From: Lama guanicoe
Taxonomy: Eukaryota
Direction: 5' to 3'
Assembly: GCA_013239625.1 (NCBI GenBank)
Contig: MU055269.1
Coordinates: forward strand, 3,659,225-3,723,224
DNA: 64,000 nt
The first letter of the stretch is position 1. Every line of letters starts with the position of its first letter. The notes under the pieces are model-generated. The model ran no database searches and was not told the origin of the DNA. It saw only the letters and a program-made list of their open reading frames with translations. Position numbers and translations under genes: made by a program. Positions 12,684-24,932 of this stretch are shown here, one piece after another.

Positions 12684-12825
12684 GCACGGAGAAGGTGCGC
12701 CAGGCCCAGGAGTGTGGGCAGCTGCACGTGGTCAACCCCGACTGGCTGTGGAGCTGCCTGGAGCGGTGGGACAAGGTGGAGGAGCAGCTGTTCCCGCTGA
12801 GGGATGACCACGGCAGGGCACAGAG
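12684..12825 (+). CDS. CTDP1: CTDP1 exon 9 (142 nt), C-terminal half of the BRCT domain
   Basis: ttgcttgcag|GCACGG...CAGAG|gtgagc. Translates GTEKVRQAQECGQLHVVNPDWLWSCLERWDKVEEQLFPL, with the BRCT W-x-x-x-C motif. Confidence 0.96.
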
Positions 12826-13547
12826 GTGAGCACCGGCCCCCAGCCTCCCTGCCCAGGACTCCCAGCACGGCATTGCCACAGCCAGCCAGGCCGGCCCCTG
12901 GCCCCCAGGGTGCGGATGGGGAAAGACAGGCTTGGGGTGGGGGTCTGCTGCTCCTTCCTCCAGAGGCCGCTCATCTGTCCCCTGCCACCCTCGCCGCAGG
13001 TGCTGCAGGCTCCAAGCAGGTCATCTTGAAAAGCACCTCTGAGCATTGCTTCCTGGGGAAGGAACAAAATTGCCTTTTCTGAGACACAGTGTGGCTTTTA
13101 GCAACAAAGCTTAGTTTGTGTGTCTTTCCTTTGTGGCTAGGATGTGGTTGTAACAAGTCACAAAGCCTTTGTGGGGTCCGACGTGGAGGGAGGTGGTGAG
13201 CGGGACTGGGGCGGGGCAGAAGACCGGTTGGCAGGTCGTGAGTCCCCAGGGGCAGCCGGGGGTGGGGGTGCACCGTGCAGGCCTGTTTCTATTGAGGCAA
13301 CTTTGATAGGGCTCCTGTCTGGGCAGAGTCAATTCCGTGCTTGGAGGGGAAGCACCAGAGACAGCAGGGTGGCCCCCATGCCCACCTCTCGGGGGGCCCA
13401 GGCTTACTTAGGAAGAACCGTGTCCTCACGTGCAGACGTGGAGGGAGGAACCGCGGGCAGGAGGGCTCAGCTCCCAGCCTGAGCAGAGGTTGCTGGGTCC
13501 CACGTCAGTGCCAGCCCCTCCTCATGGCCCTCGTTCTCATCCTGCAG

Positions 13548-13751
13548 GGAGGACGGCCCGGCAGCCTTTCCCGACAGGCAGGGTGTGCTTCCCACCACCC
13601 TGTTCCACCCGACGCCCGTCCATCCCAAGGCCCTGCCCGGCCCCGAGGCTCGGGTGTACGACGCCAGCACGGGCAGGCTCATTCGGAAGGGCGCTGCGGG
13701 CCCCGGGCCCCCCGGCTCCCTGCCCGTCCACGCAGAGCTCTCCTCCTTCAG
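13548..13751 (+). CDS. CTDP1: CTDP1 exon 10 (204 nt)
   Basis: cctgcag|GGAGG...TTCAG|gtacgt. Translates EDGPAAFPDRQGVLPTTLFHPTPVHPKALPGPEARVYDASTGRLIRKG...SSF. Confidence 0.95.
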
Positions 13752-16700
13752 GTACGTGGGCTCAGCCAGCAGGTAGCGCGCTGGGGCGCTGGTGGTCCGC
13801 GCATGAGGGTCGGGCTGGGGCATGCTCCTCACGCATGTCCACGTGGGGCCTTTCTCCACGTTCCCTGTCCTGCCTTGGGTCCCAGAACTGGGAAGTCGAG
13901 TCCGTGGTTTAGCCTTTGCTTGGTGTCGGGGTGCCAGCCCATGTCCTCCCAGCGGAGGCAGGCCTTGGGCGGCGGGATCTGACCCTCCTGCCTCGCCCTT
14001 GCAGGCCTGTCCCCCCTGCAGGACGGAGAGAACTGTCACGAGGGAGGAGGGTCCTGCTCGGGCCATCGGGAGCAGCTCTGCTCTGCGGCTCCCGCCCTCA
14101 GCAGGCCCAGCCTCCCTGTCCCACTTCCGACTCGGGTCAAACTGAGGGTCGTGGCGGCTGGGGCAGTTTGTGAGCAGGAGTGCAGGTGGGTGGGGATGGC
14201 ACTGCCCTGAGAGGAGCATGGCCAGTGGTCTCCACCCACGTCTCCACAAGTGTCTGTTTCCTCCCTGTGTGTGGAGGACCTCTGCCGGGCTGAGGGCCTT
14301 ACACAGCACTTGGTGAGGCACCTTAGGACACCCTGAGGTTCAAAGGAGGGTCCGAAGCTCTGTCTTGTCTTCCGTGAGTGGCCGTCGCTGTGAACTGTGT
14401 GTGATGGACACGTGTCATCTTGCTTCTGGGTCCCCTGCTCTCTGGAGCCCAGAGCCCTTCCCGAGAGCCAGCCCACGTGTGGCAGCCGGCTCCTTCTGCC
14501 TTGACTCCTCGGGCCTACGCTGACCTGCCTGCACTGACCGGCAGGGCCCCACCAGAGTGCTCTGTGGGTGGGCAGTGACTCCACACCCTCTGGCCACAGC
14601 GACGCTGCGGGGCCGCTGCGAACCAGGGCTGGTGTGTGCAGAGTGGACGTGGGCGTCTGCTGGCCCCGCTGCTGGGCTCCACACGTGAGCGGACAGACGC
14701 CCTGTTCGGCCTCTTAGGCCAGTTTGACTTGGGCTACTTGATTGGTGGTTTGTTCTGTTGTTTTCAAGCAAAGGCGTCGTCACTGATGAAGCCTCCATCT
14801 TCTCCCAGTGACGGTTAGTCATTTGAAGAGACACGTGGCGACGTCTGTGCTTCTGTTTACGTGCGAGTTCCTTCCCGAGAGCAGGGCTGCTGGGCTGAAG
14901 GGCACGTGTACCCTTGTCCTTAACAAACGGGGTCAGTTGTTTTCCAAAAACTCACTAGGGTCCGTGGCCCCACCCGGAGGACCCGGCCCCGCCCTCGCCC
15001 TCCGTCCAGTGCTGGCCCCTCACACCCGCCCGCCCGGTGGGGAGTGGAGGCAGACGTCCCCAGCGGTCGTCTCCAGCTGCCGGGGGGCCCCCCACGCACA
15101 CCGGTCAGCCTTTTGGGTCTTAACGTCGGGCGGCTGCTTACATCCCGGATGGACTCCCTTTGCCTTACTGGGGTCTGACGCCTTGTGGCTGTGTCGTCGG
15201 GGAAACGTTTGTTGTGGGTAGAAGTGTGTTCTGAAGATGACGCCACCCGCCGAGGTGCCGGGGGGACCTCCATGGCTCTCGCCGAGCCGCCGGGGCTGGG
15301 GTTCTCTCTGTAGTCCCGGTTACAGCTGCGGTTTTCACTGTCGGGTCTTCTCGAGGAGTTTCTCACTTTGCTCCTCCTGTCCTCCGCCTTCTTTTTAAAC
15401 ATGTTACGTTGATCTGGCATTATTTCAAGTCCGTGTTTTTTGAGTCATAGCTTACCTGAGGCCCCAGGACAGAGTAGACATTTGGGCGTTTTCTGTCACC
15501 GGCGCCGAGCGGGTGGCAGGCGGCTGAGGGAAGGCCCAGCCCAGGCCCGCGACGCCGCGCTCCTGCTGTGGGGACCTTGCCTTCAGGGCAGAAGCGTCCC
15601 AGTGCCTGAGGGAGCTCCCGCAGGAGATTCGGGTTTGGGCTTATAGCTCTGTATTTTACTGTCCCTGAGGACATCGGCACCCGAAACAGAGGCCTGTCGC
15701 CCCTTCCTCAGACTCCTCACGTGTGCAGACCTGTGGGTCAGGATGGTCCATTTGTCACCACGTAGTGTTCGTCTTCGTGCAGTCATTGCTCCACTGAAGC
15801 ATTCTGAACGGGGCATCACCCTTGTTTCTGAGGCTCCTCCGTTTGAAAGTAAACCCAGTGGGTGTGCAGGACACACCTCCAAGGGGGACCCTCCCCAGGC
15901 AGGACTGTGGGTGCTGCCTGCAGGGGCCTTCAGGGACGTGGACCCAGGCCCCTGCGCTCACAGGTTCCAAGCGCGGGGGCCGTGGGTGCAGGCCCTGCTG
16001 GCTCACTGCTCCCAGGGTCACAACTCAGGAGCCTGCAGCCTCGAGGCTGTCGGGGACACAGGCCACGGTCAGTTAGCCTGCGGGACGGCAGGGAGAGCCT
16101 TACCGCCACCCGCACTGGAGTTGCCCTCCTGGTGGAGGAGGGTGTGAGCTCGCACTCAGGGAGGGGCCGGGGAACAGGTGGGGAGAGCCAGTCCCGCCAC
16201 CACTTCTCACACCTTCCCCAGCAGGAAACAGTGATGGTCCAGTGCCGATGTTAATTCTCAGCCCGAGCCCGCTTGTGCGGTGACTGGCTCTCGCTGCAAG
16301 AGTTGCCCACAGACTGAGGGCACCAGGCCTGAGGTGGAAGGGCTCTGGTCCTGGTAAGAGGGCACTGCTCTGATGGGATTGGTCCTCCCACTGCAGATGG
16401 CCAGAAGTCTCACGAGCGGGCGCACCAGCCATGGGAGGGTATCGGCCAGCACCCTGCACGGCGGGGCTTCTCCTGCGCCTGAGAGGAGCGAGCCGGCAGA
16501 GCCCTTCCTGAGGGCGTGTCTCGTGTGTCCAGCGTGGATGAAGCCATGCCCATGGCGGTGCCCCCAGGGCTCTGAGGCAAGGTTGGGATTAGAGGCCATC
16601 GGAGCAGACCCCCGATGGGAGGGTGGAGGGGCCTTAGAGACGGTGTCACTGCGTTGATGTGCTGGGAGGACAGCAGGCCGGGTGGGAAGGTGGAGCCATC

Positions 16701-19700
16701 TCCGCAGAGAATTGCAACCCGTGACGACAGGCAGACAGGCGCCCAGACTGACAAGTGCAGGGCCTCAGGGTGACTGGAGAGACGGAAACCAGGCGCGTGA
16801 AAGGCGACGCGGGAGGAGGATACCTGGGGCGTGCACCCCGCACGGGGGTCAGCAGGGAAGGCCCCGGCCGCCACAACTCCCGGCCACGGGCTGGACGAGG
16901 GAGAAGCCAGGATGAGCACGGCGTGGTTCAGCTTTTTAAAGACCAGAGATGAGAAAAAGCCTGTTTTACGACCTGTCCTGTAATAGTGTGTGTGTTACAC
17001 GTTAACGCTGGCGTTAATGGTGTGTTCGTGCCGTGATGTACCATTAAGTGGCACCACAATGTAAATTGTAACGTGTACAATTAAAGAATGGATTTTTATC
17101 TCTTAAGGTTTAATGTTTTTGTGTAGCAAGAAAGTTAAGAGCTGCTTTTGTAGTCGCCACCAGCTCATTTGGGTAGTAACATTCGTAGATCATGAGATGC
17201 TGTGAGTGAGGAAAGGGAGATGCTCGTCTTCGGGGCCTTGCATGCTCGGGAGGCACAGGCGGTGAGGGGTGCTGGTGGGGCCAGGTCTCCTGGGGGCGGA
17301 CACATTAGCACAGCCCCTTCCAGACCTCCAGGCCTGTCTGGATGGCCGGGCCACCCGCAGTGTCAGAGCCGAGGGGCTGCCAGCACACGGGAGCTGGGCC
17401 AGGCACTGAGGAAGCTGGGCGTTCACACAGCGGTTGCACCGTCTCCAGATTTGGGGGCACCGTCAGCCTTCAAAGAGACAGCTGTCTGTTAAGCAGAAGA
17501 GAACGAGGCTCCTTTGGTGGTGTCCTGGGAGGAGCCCCTGACGCTCCCCTAGCAGGCACAGGGCTGCACTCTCCCCAGTTTGCTCCCTGCCACCTGTCTT
17601 GCCTGGAAACCCCCGACAGCGCCTGACAGCGCCCCGCCTCCGTGCACTCTGTACCTGCTCCTCCTGGTTTCCTGGGCTGGTGGGCGGGGGTGCTGGTAAG
17701 TTTCACTCGTAGGGGCGAGCAGTCCCCGAAACGCCTGGTGTTGGGTTTACCGCGGGGATCGGTGCTGGACTGAGACGCCGTGGTTCACCAAGGACGGGGA
17801 TGCATGCCCTTGTGTCTGGAGCCCCAGCCCCACAAGCAGCCCTGCCCTTCGCAGTGGGGTGGCCTCCCGCCCTTGGCCTGTGGCTCGTGGAAGAGGGGGT
17901 GTCAATGGGCAAGGACAAGGCAGGCAGGTGCTGGCGGCTCCCTGAACAGCCACGGCTCCTTCAGGAAGTGCCCTGGGGTGCATCACAGGCTCCCAGGCTA
18001 CGATCTTGTGGTGGCTGTCGTGATGGGACAGGGAGGCCAGGGACTGGGCTCCGAGAGTACCGTGTCCCCGTGCGGGCAGCCCTGGGGGCCTGTGGCGAGT
18101 CTGGGGTTTCCAACTCAGGTGGCAGTGGTGGCACAGACACAGAGATGAGCACGAGGAGGTGCTGTTGTGGCCTTCATCTTCCGTCTGTGTGAGTCTTGAT
18201 TTGACCTGAACACTTCTGGCCTCTGGGGAGTTGACAACCTCCCTGGGCCGCCTGGCGATGGTCATTGCCCAGATTAGCTCAGATGACCCCCCCAGGAGTA
18301 AAACGACACCGTGGTTCACGACACTGGAAATGAGGGACGGCGGAGCACGGGGCTGTCCCCCTTCCGAGCGCTGTGTTCACCAGGGTCCTCCCGGCAGCGT
18401 GGTTCAGGCTTCCACTGCAGGGACAGCCTACAGATGCTGTACTTTGAATTAGAAGGATGCAGGAGATGCCAGGAAGGATCTGTGTGTTAAAATGACACAG
18501 AAATGACAGTTCTTAAATTGCAGTTTTACAATAGCGTTTGCGTAGCTTAAAGCAGCCCCAGGTCAGTCCTGTGCTGACGTTTACCCGAGTGAGTCCTGGC
18601 TTTAGATCTGCTTCACGCTGAAAATAAAGTGACAAACATTTGGCTCGTTTCTCTTAAATGTGAAGAACAAAGGCATATTAAACTGTTTGGCATATTTAAA
18701 AATTATGTACAGCAGTGGGTTTTCAACTGCTCAGCCTCGCTGGGAGTCAGTGGCGGCAGGCGAGGAGCTTCTGAGACAGGAGGGAGCAGTTAAGTGCTGT
18801 CTGGAAACAACCGCGCAGACGTGAGGGGCTTCCTCCCACTTGTGTGACGGTGCTGTCGATGAGGCGCGGAGGGCCCGGACTTGTCCCGAAATGTGTGTGA
18901 TTTACATGAACAGTCGCAGTTCAGTCCCACGTGGTGCAGAAAAGAGAGGCTTCAGCTCTGCCTGTCTTTCCTGAGGAAAACACACGCGTTGGGCTGGGGT
19001 TTATTCTAATGAGTTGACTTTCGGTGAAATTTTCTCTTTTTTTTAACTTGAAAGTGTGATCCCCACCAAAGCACTGATTTTTGTTAGTTCTCGTCCAACC
19101 ACTTAGGTACACAGAGGGACAGTAACATGGTTCACTGTCCGGTTATTCCGTGAACTCTGTGAAGGGGGCAGCGTTGCTCCAGCCGCACCAGCACGCTGCC
19201 CCGATGGAGACCATCTCCTCGGAGGAGGCCGGAGACGTCTTCTAGATAGCCTTCGTCTCGCGAGTTACGCTCCATCCTCGCCCCACTCACGTGTGCAGGA
19301 GACCGTACGTTCTCCTAAGACTGGCAGGCGGTCGACGGCTTGTGGGTGGTTCTGCTTCCGAAGCTGGTGAAGTGGCCCATCTCCGCAGGAGAGCAGCAGC
19401 GCTCCGAGCAGACCGAGAGCCTCCCGTTTATCTGATGGCGTGCTGTGCCCGACACGTCTGTGCCTGGTCCGTCTGCCTCTGTTTGCGCAGTCAGCCCTTG
19501 GCTCTGCTGCTCCTGCCTCCGGAAGCTGACCCACACCCGTGTGCCCAGGGCGGGGGGCCCCCTCCCTTCGCCTCCCAGGCTTGTGACTCAGCAGTGTTCT
19601 AAGCCTGGAGCCCGCGTGGGCCTTATTGTGACAGGTGCCAGGCTTCCGGGCAGCTGCGGCTCTTCCACGGGCTCTCCCGGGCGAAGGCTCTGAGGATGCT

Positions 19701-20192
19701 CAGTTTCTGTGATTTTTGCTTTGATGCTTTGGTTGCGGGCTAGTCTACTGGCACCTTGGGGGGTTGGGAGCAGAGGTCCTTGTGGTGTGGTCTCCCTGGC
19801 TGTGGTCAGCAGGCGTGAACGTGCTCTCGCACAAGCTTCCTCTGTGTGGAGCGCTTAGGGAGAGCGTTGGACACGGGAGCAGTTGGCAGGTGCAGTTTGG
19901 AGCCACCCCGAGCCAGAACCAGGGCCGGGGCCGTCCGTGGGATGTGCGAGGCTCCGAGGGGTGGTGACTGGGCCTAAGCCTTGGGCCTCCCGCAGGGGTG
20001 TCTGCAGGTGGAGGTGACAGGTGCCTGTGCGGGGGAGTGGAGCGGCGTCCCACAAGGAGACGCAGGGCTGGGAAGGAGTCTGGGTTCACAGAGTTGGAAA
20101 TCAAACATACTTCCCTGCTCGGACAACGTCTGAAATTCTAGACCCCTTGTAATTTATCTGTCATCAGCTGTGTTGTGTAAGTTGTGAACATT

Positions 20193-20430
20193 TTATTTTC
20201 TTGAAGGTTTTATTTTGAGGTAATTGTAGATTCACAGACAGTTACGGGAAATAACACAGACCTTGAGTGTGCTTGTAATCGCCTGTTGAAGCATTTTTTT
20301 ATCATGGATACTTAAGAATCTTCATCAGGTAATTCCGTCATTTCTGTCACCTCAGAGTTGACATCTCCTGGTTGCCCTTCTCGTTCAGTTTGCGATCTCC
20401 CTGCTTCTCAGAGATTTTCGGTTGAACCCT
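20193..20430 (-). mobile_element. Old L1 (L1MC/MD-like) fragments in intron 10
   Basis: ttttattttgaggtaattgtagattcacagacagttacgggaaataacacag resembles an antisense L1M 3' terminus. The following stretch resembles 60660-60790. Recognised by eye. Confidence 0.55.
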
Positions 20431-21142
20431 GAACAGTCTCCCGTCTCGTCGTGACAGTCAGGACCTCCTGTGATGCTCTGTGTGGCTGCGTTCACTGCTC
20501 TGCTTCAGCAGCAGAAGTAGGGGCACAGCTCACCTCGACTCTGCTGGGGGGGGTCGAGGTCCCTTGCAGGCGCTGCTGACCCCTGTGGGGCCACCGTCAC
20601 TGCTGGGCGGCTGTCGGGGTCCCAGCCTCCCGCGGTCACCACGGGCACGTGGGGGGATGTGTCCGTGAGTGTCTGACTCTGGTGCCCCCTGGTTACTGCA
20701 GGGGGTGGGCTCCACTGGCTGCAGCGGGTCATGGACTGGAGTATGAAGTGTGGAGCCAGGACGTGGGGCCAGGCGGGCACAGACTTGGCACCAGGTCAAG
20801 AGCGGGACCTCTGTTCACCGTCTCCCCATACTTGCCCTTTGCTCTGAGATGAGGGCGGCCGGGCTGTGAGCCTCAGTGTGTTGGCAGGAGAAGGTAGATG
20901 CTCGCTTTCGCTGGAGGAGGCGTGAGCCTGGGCTGCCCGTGGTCGGGCTGGACCCGCCAAGGTTGCAGTTCGTAAGCAAACTGATGCAGCCCGGGCAGGC
21001 ACTGCCGACAAGACAGCGTGTCTTCACGGCTGAAACGGTCTGTGCATGTTTGCACACCTGTTCCCAGGGTCAGGCGTCTGCGTCGGGGCTGGAAGTGAGC
21101 TCAGACCGATTCCTCACGTGGGGCCTGTGAAATTCGTTTCAG

Positions 21143-21305
21143 GGCTGTTCAGCCACATCCACCGCCGATGTTTGGTGAGGACGTGCCAGACCATCAGGAT
21201 GGGGAGCCGCCCGGCCCCCCGCGCAGGAAGCGCCAGCCCAGCCTGTCGGAGACAATGCCACTGTACACGCTGTGCCGGGAGGACCTGGAGAGCATGGACA
21301 GAGAG
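21143..21305 (+). CDS. CTDP1: CTDP1 exon 11 (163 nt)
   Basis: ttcgtttcag|GGCTG...AGAG|gtgagg. Translates AVQPHPPPMFGEDVPDHQDGEPPGPPRRKRQPSLSETMPLYTLCREDLESMDRE. Confidence 0.96.
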
Positions 21306-23640
21306 GTGAGGCCGGCCCGTCCCCTCCCCAGGGCACATGTGAGGAGGTGGACGGCAGCACCGGGGGGCCGTCAGCATGCAGTCTGAGTCCACTTCCAAAG
21401 TCGGGTTTGTGATTCCAACCGTGGGGCCTGACTGTGCGCGCCCCCCCCGCCCCCCCCGGCCCACTTGGCAGCGTGTGGGTCATCGTTCCAATGAGGGCTC
21501 CTGATGTGCAGTGGGTGGGGCCGGGGTGCCAGGCGGCCCCCACAGTGTCAGCAGCGCTGAGGGTGAGAGACCCCAGTTACTGCCGTCTCGGGTGCACACG
21601 GACTGCTGAAACACACTCAGAAGACTGGTACTTTGTTGTTACACCACTAAGAAGGTTTGGGCAATGGAATCCCCTCCGAACTGAAGGTTAAATGCAGAGG
21701 GGATTCTCCTTGGGAGCAAAACACGCCTGAACTGGGGGTGATTCTGCAACCAGTTGCCCGTGTCTTGCCCACGCGAGCAGCCTCGGGCCCTCACGTCGGC
21801 CTGCCCTGGACCCCCCCAGCCCCCCCGGCCCCCAGGCTGTCACAGCCAGGCCCCTCCAGAGAAGGGCCAGGCCCTGTGGGTGCTTGTGCTCATTACTCCT
21901 GGCCTGAACGTTCCTCGCAAGGACCGATGTGTAAACATAGCCCTCAAGAGTCCCCAGCCAGGCCCTGGTCAGGACGGACGCTGCCCAACGCCCCTCAGAC
22001 TCTCACCTCCGAGGCGTGTGAGGAGCCGTAGCCGCTGCCCGCTGTGCCGCGTGGGTGGGCGTTGTCCTCGGGACCTCTGGGGACCACTGGGGCGGCAGGC
22101 ACATTCCGTTCACATTCAGTGATCTGTCCCAGTGGTCAGCCTCATGGCTTCTCCTGGGAGGCGCCTGCCCTCAGAAAGCCTTAGGGAGCCTCCAAAGCAG
22201 GGCTCTGGCCTTAGCAGCCGGGAGACCGCAGGCCTGGCGGACAGAGTTCTCAGCGCGTGCTGGCCGTGAGCCCTGCCCGTGAGATGGGGATGCTTCCGCC
22301 TGCGTCATCGAATCCCACGAGGGGTCTGCGCTCACTAGGCTGTAGAGAGGGCGAGAGAGCGAATAAGACCCCTCATACAGTAGGGAATGTGTCGGCGTCG
22401 AGCGCTCCCTCCCCAGGCAGGTCCCAGAGCGAGTCCCGATCTCAGAGGCGGGGGCTCGATTCTGCCGGCTCGGTCTCCCCTGAGAGTAGGAGGCAGGAGC
22501 GGTGAGGCTCACTGGTCAGTGTTGAGGTAAGTTTTAGGAGAAAACCCCAGAAGGCTCCTTGAACTGAGATAGGCCCTGGCAGAAAACTGCCGTGCATCTG
22601 CCAGAGTCAAGGTCAGTTTTCTAAGCAGAGGTTCCTGCTCTTTAGAGATCGCTGAGGACAGAGCCTTCTCAGGTCCCTTCTGGTCTCTGTAGAGCCATCT
22701 GTACACTGGAGACCTAACTGGTGGGCCTACTTTTTGTGCTTTTTCTCGATTTATCAGCAGATTATTTTCCCGTTGAATGACATTGTTCCTTCAGTGGGCT
22801 TTCTGCTGAAAACATGTTGCAAACACAGTTACGTTCTGGGAATCACAAGATCTGCTTCAGGTCACCTGGCGTCGTTCTGTACGACTGTTAGGTGGGCGTG
22901 CTTTCCTCTGTTCCATGAGTGGAGGGTCCTGCGAGGTGTGATGGAGTCAAATACGAGGTCCCCCCCCAACGCCCTGTCCCGGGAGCCCCGTGCCCACCCC
23001 ACACCTCATCCCTGGGGCCCCACGGCCCCCGTGCAGTGACTCTGAGCCCGTTGCAGTTGTATTTCAATCCACCAGAGGGGGCTCTCGCTGCAGGCTGTGA
23101 CCAGCAAACAGGTGCTTGGTTCTTGGGTGAGCCTGCCTGCTCTGAACGTTTGAGACCTCATCTTGGGGCCCCACAGCCAGGGCATCTGGAAGCGCAGACC
23201 CCTCTCCAAGCCCCGCAGCCCCCGAGCCATCCCCGCTCCCTTCACGTCCAGCCCCTCTTTGTTCTGCGGCCAGAGTCTCGGCTCCTCTCAGGGGAAAGCA
23301 CAGAAGGTCACGAGGCGGCGTAGCGTGGCTTCCCGTGGACTGTTGGTTAAGTGCGTGCTGTCCTTGGATGCACTAGGCACAGGCTGGCATCTTAGGTCAG
23401 TGTCTCTGCAAACCCAAGGTCTAAGACAGAATCTCCTCCTTGCTTCTGTAAAAGAATTACAAACGTAACGTGCATCTAGCGTGATCATCTTAGCTCTTTG
23501 TCCTGTCGATGCCAGACAGTTATCCTTGTGTATCTTGGTTCACGTGAAGGAGCTTTGTGCTGAGTGGAGGCTCGTGTGCCACATGGGCCATGGTGCGAAC
23601 ATCAGTGAGGGAGCCGGCCCAGCCTGTGCACACCACCCCT

Positions 23641-23750
23641 TGCGTGCTTCCCCACGTGTGTGGGCCTGCGTGTACCTCCCCGCGTGTACGTGCCCGCATG
23701 TACCTCCCCGCATGTGCCTCCTCGCATGTGCTTCCCCAAGTGCCTCCCCA
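23641..23750. repeat. Degenerate ~14-bp tandem repeat (TGTRCCTCCCCGCR)
   Basis: Repeated units such as tgtacctccccgcg, tgtacctccccgca and tgtgcctcctcgca. Confidence 0.65.
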
Positions 23751-24652
23751 CCGAGGGTGCAGGCCCGCCTTGGCCTCTCCCCCGAGGGTGCAGCCTGCTG
23801 GCGGTTTCCTCTCACTTCCATGGCAGCTCCTGTCAAGGAGGAGGACGTAGACTTAGTTTCGTGGCGTTTCGTGGGTGCTTTGTCTTCACTGACTGTGAAG
23901 GTAGCTTTGGACCAGTGAGCACTACCTGTCCGCAGAGCGAGTTTGTGTGTGGACATGAGTATGTTTCACTAGAGAAACTGAGGCCTTAGACACGGGTTTG
24001 CTGTCTGGTGGCTTAAGGCTTCAGTACGAATTAACCAAAGTGTCCAAAAGCCGTCCTGTGGCCCCGCAAGGCCGCCGCCGCACGCGCGCCGTCAGTCCCG
24101 TGAGCGGTCGCTGGTTTCCTCTGAGACATCTCGCCACCGCGCGGTGGGGCCGGTGCCCCAGGGGAGCCTCAGTGAGCGTTTCCGGAGCTTCACCCCAGGC
24201 GCCCCTGCCATCCCCTACGGCTCCGTGTCTCCCCAGGAGGGGCTCTGAGGGGGTGCCACCTGGTTGGCCTGGCTCTCCAGCTGATGGGAGCCTCCCCGCC
24301 TCAGCCTCGGTTTAGACGAACGCCCTGCTCATTCACCGTGGGCCCTGAAGTGTGCTGGAGGCAGAGCCCCATCAGGGTCAGGCTCTGCGTGGCCTGCACC
24401 CGGGTCTCCCTCAGGGACCCAGGGCCCAGTGAGGTGGGCACAGAGGAGAGGACGGCCTGGGCCATCGTCCGTCCACGCGCCCCATTGACGGTCCTTGGCG
24501 CTGTTTGCGAGCACCTGACTGCGGCCCCGTTTCGGAGTTCTGGGAGGCGGTTGGGGCCGTGCTGCTGCTGTGGGTTCATCCCTGGGCGAGGGACATCTCT
24601 GGGCTCTCGGGGACGTCAGTCTCAGAGTGTGCTGCCCTCGGCCCTTCGTCAG

Positions 24653-24837
24653 GTGGATGACATCCTAGGAGAAGGCAGTGATGACAGCGACAGTGAGAGG
24701 AGGCGGCCGGAAGAGCAGGAGGAGGAGGAGCGGGGACGGAGGCCCCGTGAGCCTGAGGCCCCGGGGGCCCAGCGGGGACGCGCGCTCAAGTCCACTCCAT
24801 CCAGCGAGGGGAGTGCAGCGGATGGCCGGGGGCCCAG
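24653..24837 (+). CDS. CTDP1: CTDP1 exon 12 (185 nt)
   Basis: cttcgtcag|GTGGAT...CCCAG|gtgagc. Translates VDDILGEGSDDSDSERRRPEEQEEEE...GRGP. Confidence 0.95.
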
Positions 24838-24932
24838 GTGAGCGCGGGCAGGTGAGGGGCCGTCGGGTTGGGGGCAGCACCAGGAGAGGGGGCCTCACCG
24901 CGAGCCGAGTGCCTCACATGCTTCTCCCACAG

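Noticed and set aside
13467-14321. 284-aa minus-strand ORF
   Set aside because: Overlaps exon 10 antisense in high-GC sequence; stop depletion explains its length.
18623-18628. AATAAA in intron 10 (also 27644-27649 downstream of the gene)
   Set aside because: Isolated hexamers without the clustered auxiliary elements seen at 17080 and 25782.
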